DNA from: Candidatus Bathyarchaeota archaeon
GTDB taxonomy: Archaea; Thermoproteota; Bathyarchaeia; Bathyarchaeales; Bathycorpusculaceae
Length of the DNA stretch: 55,659 nt
Direction of reading: 5' to 3'
Assembly (NCBI GenBank): GCA_963775895.1
Contig: CAVZKL010000014.1
Location: forward strand, 1-55,659
Below the pieces are notes generated by a model that was given only the letters and a program-made list of their open reading frames with translations, searched no databases and had not been told where the DNA came from. Below are positions 51,177 to 55,659 of the stretch, one piece after another (the stretch's first letter is position 1; the number at the start of each line of letters is the position of its first letter). The position numbers were made by a program, and so were the translations under genes.

Positions 51177-51326
51177 TTACTTTGTCACTTGTATCTCGAT
51201 CTTCTTCCAGTCTTTGTTTATGCCTCGTAAGGAAGTAACGGCTCCGACAACCGTTCCGCTCATTACGCTGTTAACGAACTCGTTCAAAGGAATCTCTTTA
51301 CCATCTACCAAGAGTTTTGTGTTCAC
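51177..51326 (-). CDS. Small 49-aa protein resembling the C-terminal extension of archaeal MobB proteins (not in the ORF track)
   Basis: (M)NTKLLVDGKEIPLNEFVNSVMSGTVVGAVTSLRGINKDWKKIEIQVTK; AGGTGA RBS. Confidence 0.7.
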   Translation of the reverse strand: MNTKLLVDGKEIPLNEFVNSVMSGTVVGAVTSLRGINKDWKKIEIQVTK

Positions 51327-51421
51327 AGACAATCACCTGTTAGCTAGTCTGTGAAGCGCATCGTAAAAGCTTTCTGTAACCTTTTTTAGCACGAAAAATA
51401 CACTCAAAGTTGGAAAGGAAA

Positions 51422-52078
51422 ATGAAGAAATTCACTGAAGCAGAAAACAAACGAAGAGCCCTTCAGATAATTGGACTTCTGGAAGAAGAATTCCCTAACG
51501 CAAAGATCGCTTTGCATTACACCAACCCTCTCGAACTCCTTGTAGCCACGATTCTTTCTGCGCAATGCACTGACGAGAGGGTAAACATGGTCACAAAATC
51601 GCTGTTCCAAAAGTACAGAAAAGCAAAAGACTACGCCGCTGCAGATCTGCCTGAACTCGAACAGGAGATAAGATCCACTGGCTTCTATCATAACAAGGCC
51701 AAAAACATCAAGAATGCGGCGGAAATGTTGGTTCAAAAGTACAACTCGCAAGTTCCCAGAACGATGCAAGAAATACAGGAGCTTCCAGGCGTGGCCAGAA
51801 AAACCGCAAACATAGTGCTACAGAACGCGTACGGCGTTGTTGAAGGAATAGCCGTCGACACTCACGTCCGAAGAGTTTCGGCCCGACTCGGACTGACAGA
51901 GAACCAAGATCCAGACAAGATAGAACAGGACTTAATGAGAATAGTGCCAAGAGAAAAGTGGGCAAGAATAACCGATCTGCTCATCTTCCTTGGCAGAAAC
52001 GTCTGCACTGCCAAGAAACCCAAATGTGAAGTGTGTGTCTTGAACAAAATCTGCCCCTCGGCATTCACTTTCAAGTGA
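51422..52078 (+). CDS. nth: Endonuclease III
   Basis: LSAQCTD, HhH LPGVARKTAN, VDTHV, CxxxxxxCxxCxxxxxC. Confidence 0.96.
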   Translation: MKKFTEAENKRRALQIIGLLEEEFPNAKIALHYTNPLELLVATILSAQCTDERVNMVTKSLFQKYRKAKDYAAADLPELEQEIRSTGFYHNKAKNIKNAAEMLVQKYNSQVPRTMQEIQELPGVARKTANIVLQNAYGVVEGIAVDTHVRRVSARLGLTENQDPDKIEQDLMRIVPREKWARITDLLIFLGRNVCTAKKPKCEVCVLNKICPSAFTFK

Positions 52079-52144
52079 TAAATCAGCTAATCGCACGCGA
52101 GAAGATGTTTTGAACGTTTGAAAGATCCTCAAACTCGAAGTCGC

Positions 52145-52784
52145 TTAAGATGTACTTCCGTCAGATTCTGTCCTATGACGCAATCTACCCTTGATTGTTT
52201 TTATGGAGAATAGGATTATGGTGACGCAGGCTATCAATAGAAGAAGGGCTGTGATCGCGATTATCACGGGATTTTCGGTCTCTAATAAGAACGCCAGTGA
52301 GACTGCTGCAAGGAAAAACGGCAAAATAGAAACCGGCACGACTCGCTGAGAATTCACTGAGCTCCTTCATGATCACCTTGGAATACTTGTTGACAAGAAC
52401 CAGAATTGAAGCAAGAGCGAGAAGTATAATGATGAACGTGTAACTGATTCCGGTCCAGTAGTTTTCTCCGCGAAAGGTGAGAAGGATTCCAACTTCGTCG
52501 CCTATGAGACCTCCCCCCGCCCCAAAAATGATCGCTGCTATGCGATCGATTCTGCGATCGTTGTAGCTGATGCCCAGCCAACCGCCTATTGCAAGCATGA
52601 GTATTCCGAACCAAAAATGGTGAATATGAAAACCGGATGGTCTCAACACAAGCGGATTCAGAATCGTAAACAGCCTGGCAATACCAAAGGAAAGGGCAAA
52701 CGAGATCAAAGCCAAAACCGAAAGGCTTGGACGCCCTTCAATGCCCTTATCTTCCGTCGACCCTGCCAATATGACTTCCCTCAT
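52145..52784 (-). CDS. Hypothetical membrane protein with HIHH motif (frameshift near 52310)
   Basis: GFHIHHFWFG...GGGLIGDEVG; TM-rich; tail lies in ORF 52145..52357. Confidence 0.7.
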
Positions 52785-52830
52785 TCATCCAGAGCATTTT
52801 CATCTTCCAATTTCGCTGCGAAACAATAGA

Positions 52831-53766
52831 CTAAGGCATAATGCTCAACGTCACGTCAAAGTATTGTTGGAAGCCTCTGCGGAAAACGGTGACTCGAACG
52901 TTTTCCCCTGCTTTTCTCTTGTGTATCTCGTTCAACAGGTCCTCTATCGTCTCGATATTCACTTCGTCAATTTTGAGGATTATGTCGCCCATAATCATAC
53001 CTGCATGCTGTGCGGGGCTTCCATCAACGACCTTCGTGACGAGAACCCCGTGCTCCAGTGGCAGATTGTAGTATTGAGACATCTCCGGGTTTAGGCTTAA
53101 CCCCACTATTCCGAGCCAAGGCCTTGCGACCACGCCTTCCCGTATCATGTCACTAGTGCATTGTTTGGCCGTGTTGATCGGAATCGCAAACCCGATTCCT
53201 TGAGCGTAGGGTATAATGGCTGTGTTGACCGCGATCACCCTTCCTTCAAGATCCACAAGAGGACCTCCACTGTTTCCAGGGTTTATCGCCGCGTCAGTTT
53301 GCACAAGGTTCTCGATGAGTCCTCTTTGAGATTCTATGGTTCTTTTCGTTGCACTTATCACGCCTGAAGTCACTGTGGGTTCGCCAGTCAACCCGAAAGG
53401 GTTTCCAATGGCATAGACCCTCTGTCCAACCCTAAGCTTCTCGGAGTCACCTAATTCGGCTGCAGGCAAGCCCTGTCTCTTGACCTTGATTATCGCTGTG
53501 TCGTGTACAGCACACGCACCCACGATCGTGCCTTCCAGGACATCACCGTTCCAGAGAGTTACGGATATTTTCTCTGCGCCGCCAACCACATGATTGTTGG
53601 TCAGAATCTGTCCTTTCGAGTCGATTATCGTTCCCGAACCCATGCCTTCCACGGGGATTGCTTGATAGAACATTCGACTGACAAGTTTCACCGTGCTTAT
53701 GTTGACTACGCTCTTGCTGACTTTTTCAAGGATGTCGAGAACGGCTTTCTCATCAAACGACGACAT
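52831..53766 (-). CDS. HtrA/DegP-like trypsin serine protease with one PDZ domain, no signal peptide
   Basis: GSG, TNNHV, IGNPFG, QTDAAINPGNSGGPL; ATG 53766 behind GGAGTGA. Confidence 0.94.
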   Translation of the reverse strand: MSSFDEKAVLDILEKVSKSVVNISTVKLVSRMFYQAIPVEGMGSGTIIDSKGQILTNNHVVGGAEKISVTLWNGDVLEGTIVGACAVHDTAIIKVKRQGLPAAELGDSEKLRVGQRVYAIGNPFGLTGEPTVTSGVISATKRTIESQRGLIENLVQTDAAINPGNSGGPLVDLEGRVIAVNTAIIPYAQGIGFAIPINTAKQCTSDMIREGVVARPWLGIVGLSLNPEMSQYYNLPLEHGVLVTKVVDGSPAQHAGMIMGDIILKIDEVNIETIEDLLNEIHKRKAGENVRVTVFRRGFQQYFDVTLSIMP

Positions 53767-53770
53767 AGCT

Positions 53771-54172
53771 TCACTCCACTCTGCTCTTAGACTTGATTTC
53801 ATCGCAGAAGTCGCATTCCTCGATTTTGACTTTGGGGTCTGACCTCCTGCAAAACTGGCACATCAAACCTGTTCTTCTGACAACCTCGCAAACTCTGCAG
53901 AAGAGCTCCAAGAATTCTCCTCTCTCATACTCATCGCTCATCACCATGACGATCATGTCGGTTATGAGCGGATGTATACCTTCCACCTTATCAATTTCTA
54001 CAACGTACCCCCTGACCTTGTTAGAGTACTTGCTCACCGCGGATTGAGAGATGCCAAGGATCTCAGCTACTTGACCTTGCTTCAGACCATGACGTTCAAC
54101 GAGTTCCTGAGCCATCAAAGCTTTAACAGCAGGTACGATCGACTTCACTGCGACCTCACATGGAAGTATCAA
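53771..54172 (-). CDS. HTH transcriptional regulator (XRE-like, COG2522-type) with a Cys-rich C-terminus
   Basis: PCEVAVK...QGQVAEILGISQSAVSKY; three CxxC motifs. Confidence 0.85.
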   Translation of the reverse strand: MILPCEVAVKSIVPAVKALMAQELVERHGLKQGQVAEILGISQSAVSKYSNKVRGYVVEIDKVEGIHPLITDMIVMVMSDEYERGEFLELFCRVCEVVRRTGLMCQFCRRSDPKVKIEECDFCDEIKSKSRVE

Positions 54173-54217
54173 TAAGATTCACTGTTTCAGATAGATTATG
54201 TGGAAAAGTATATAAAG

Positions 54218-54252
54218 ATGACGTATGTCATATCTAGTATGACGTATGTCAT
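54218..54252. promoter_or_regulatory. Tandem operator: two identical ATGAC-GTAT-GTCAT dyads 21 bp apart next to a TATA box
   Basis: 54218-54231 and 54239-54252; TATATAAA at 54209-54216. Confidence 0.85.
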
Positions 54253-54344
54253 GACAGGTTCAGCATCCCCAAAATCGGATTCTGAGCGCAAGTTTGACTC
54301 CTTTCTCCTCGACCTGCCATGACGTACAATTGAAGGCGGGAAAA

Positions 54345-55385
54345 ATGATGCAAATCGAACAGAATGGAAGTTCGGCTAGTTGCATGGAGAGCGAAACCAG
54401 TTTAGGATCTTTGATAAAGAATTTGGAAGAAAAGTGCAGGAATTGTAAACCCGTTTCAGCGATAATCTGTGTCTCAGACTGTAAGACTTGGAGATTGAAG
54501 AATCAAATTCGGATGATGCATGAAAGGATTCAGAGACCAGATTTCCTTGAGCATTTACTGAATACGCTGAAAAACCAGCGACGACTGCAATTGCTCGAAA
54601 TGATATCTAAGCATCGTCGTTCAATAACCCAGCTTCAAGATGAGCTAAAGTCTCTGGGCCACAGCCACAGCCAACAGACGATTGTCGAAGAATACATAAC
54701 TCCAATGATAGAAGTCGGACTCGTCCAAGAAGGACAAAACCCGTACGCTGTTACGTTGTTAGGATCCAGAGTTAACAATTTGGTCATGGACTTCCACGAC
54801 CTTGAGCAGGCGTTGCCGGCTCACTCTGAATGCTACGAGGAAACAACGTTGGACGCGCTTCTCGAAAGACCTAGAACCCACGAAGAAACCAGGAAGATCA
54901 TACCGACCACTAGCGTTCCACGCGTTCTCAGTCGATTACACAAGGTCGGCCTGATCCAGGCGAGTGAAGAGAAGAACTACGTTTTCTTTTTCAAGACAAA
55001 AAGAGATTCTCGTTTGTCAACGTTGTCTGCCACTGAGAGCAAAGTGTATGAAAACATTCCTGAAGACGGAATTTCCGCGAAGAAACTGTCCGATAACGCT
55101 CGCATATCATTGAGAAGAACTTACAAATACTTGCGAAAACTGAAAGGAAAGAAACTGGTCTTTGAGAGAAAAAAACCATTACAATACTTCTTAACCGAGA
55201 AGGGTAGAAAAGTGGCGGAAATGCTGAAAGCGTTGAGAAAACTTTCAACAGAAACTCGAATAGCAACTAGTCAGTTTTTGCAGGACGAAGACAAAAACAT
55301 ACACGAAGAACCGATAAGTGGCACGCTTAAGAACAACAACAGCCTTGCCACTTCAGCCAAAAAAGGCACGCTCGACATAGCCTAG
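54345..55385 (+). CDS. Hypothetical multi-winged-helix protein with an N-terminal Cys cluster
   Basis: CRNC-x7-CVSDC; ArsR/MarR-like segments NQRRLQLLEMI, YAVTLLG, SLRRTYKYLRKL, YFLTEKG. Confidence 0.7.
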   Translation: MMQIEQNGSSASCMESETSLGSLIKNLEEKCRNCKPVSAIICVSDCKTWRLKNQIRMMHERIQRPDFLEHLLNTLKNQRRLQLLEMISKHRRSITQLQDELKSLGHSHSQQTIVEEYITPMIEVGLVQEGQNPYAVTLLGSRVNNLVMDFHDLEQALPAHSECYEETTLDALLERPRTHEETRKIIPTTSVPRVLSRLHKVGLIQASEEKNYVFFFKTKRDSRLSTLSATESKVYENIPEDGISAKKLSDNARISLRRTYKYLRKLKGKKLVFERKKPLQYFLTEKGRKVAEMLKALRKLSTETRIATSQFLQDEDKNIHEEPISGTLKNNNSLATSAKKGTLDIA

Positions 55386-55478
55386 CCTTCACCTTTTTCA
55401 GACACGCATGCGCTATGAATGACTTTGAAGTTTTGAAGCAAAAATAGGGAAAAAGTTGTTTGAGCTTGTGCTTGATGT

Positions 55479-55658
55479 TTAGCCGCCTGGTGAACCATGG
55501 AAGGGAACGTCCTTCCAGATTATGTCCCACCAGTCTGCTTCGGTTATCGTTTCGCCTTTAACTAGGATCTCCAGTATTTGCTTCAGAAGACCATGATGTC
55601 TTTTCTCGTCTTCTAGTATCGCGCTCAGCAAGAGCTTAACTTTGCCGTCTTTGACCGT
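55479..55658 (-). CDS. Ferritin-like/rubrerythrin-family protein, C-terminal part (runs off the window)
   Basis: ...KVKLLLSAILEDEKRHHGLLKQILEILVKGETITEADWWDIIWKDVPFHGSPGG*. Confidence 0.8.
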   Translation of the reverse strand, partial: TVKDGKVKLLLSAILEDEKRHHGLLKQILEILVKGETITEADWWDIIWKDVPFHGSPGG

Positions 55659-55659
55659 G

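Noticed and set aside
54759-54770. TTAGGATCCA partial match to the 90-bp element core
   Set aside because: Only about 10 bp, inside a CDS; compatible with chance

Overview
Archaeal chromosomal segment, most likely Bathyarchaeia (TACK). This is inferred from TATA/BRE promoters, GGAGGTGA-type RBSs, a CdvB-like ESCRT-III gene, a zinc-ferredoxin and the style of the secreted proteins. Many genes, housekeeping ones included, are split by 1-2 nt indels, most likely long-read errors. Layout: (1) 1-8 kb, redox/housekeeping genes (ferritin-like, rubrerythrin, YyaL, PIG-L deacetylase, M29 aminopeptidase). (2) 8.1-28.9 kb, seven co-oriented genes for secreted proteins, each with cohesin-like domain(s) and a C-terminal dockerin. 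Cargo includes 5-bladed glycosidase-like propellers, Kelch, DUF2341/LamG, InlB B-repeats and PKD. Six of the genes share a fixed-spacing promoter/leader motif, and the dockerins fall into two sequence classes. This is a candidate co-regulated, self-polymerising archaeal cellulosome-like or matrix system. (3) 29-40 kb, cdvB-like gene, an eighth dockerin/cohesin gene and a glycosyltransferase/S-layer-like locus. This part is punctuated by three copies of an unexplained ~90-bp element (two direct, one inverted) whose orientation tracks a local A+C versus G+T strand skew. (4) 40-55.6 kb, birA, an Fe-S/oxidative-stress block (IscS with Lys-to-Asp at the PLP site, IscU, TusA, Zn-ferredoxin, SOD, Usp, disulfide reductase, glutaredoxin, FTR-rubredoxin), nth, HtrA and regulators. 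No rRNA, tRNA, CRISPR, transposase or integrase was seen. All domain calls are by-eye motif recognition, not database searches.
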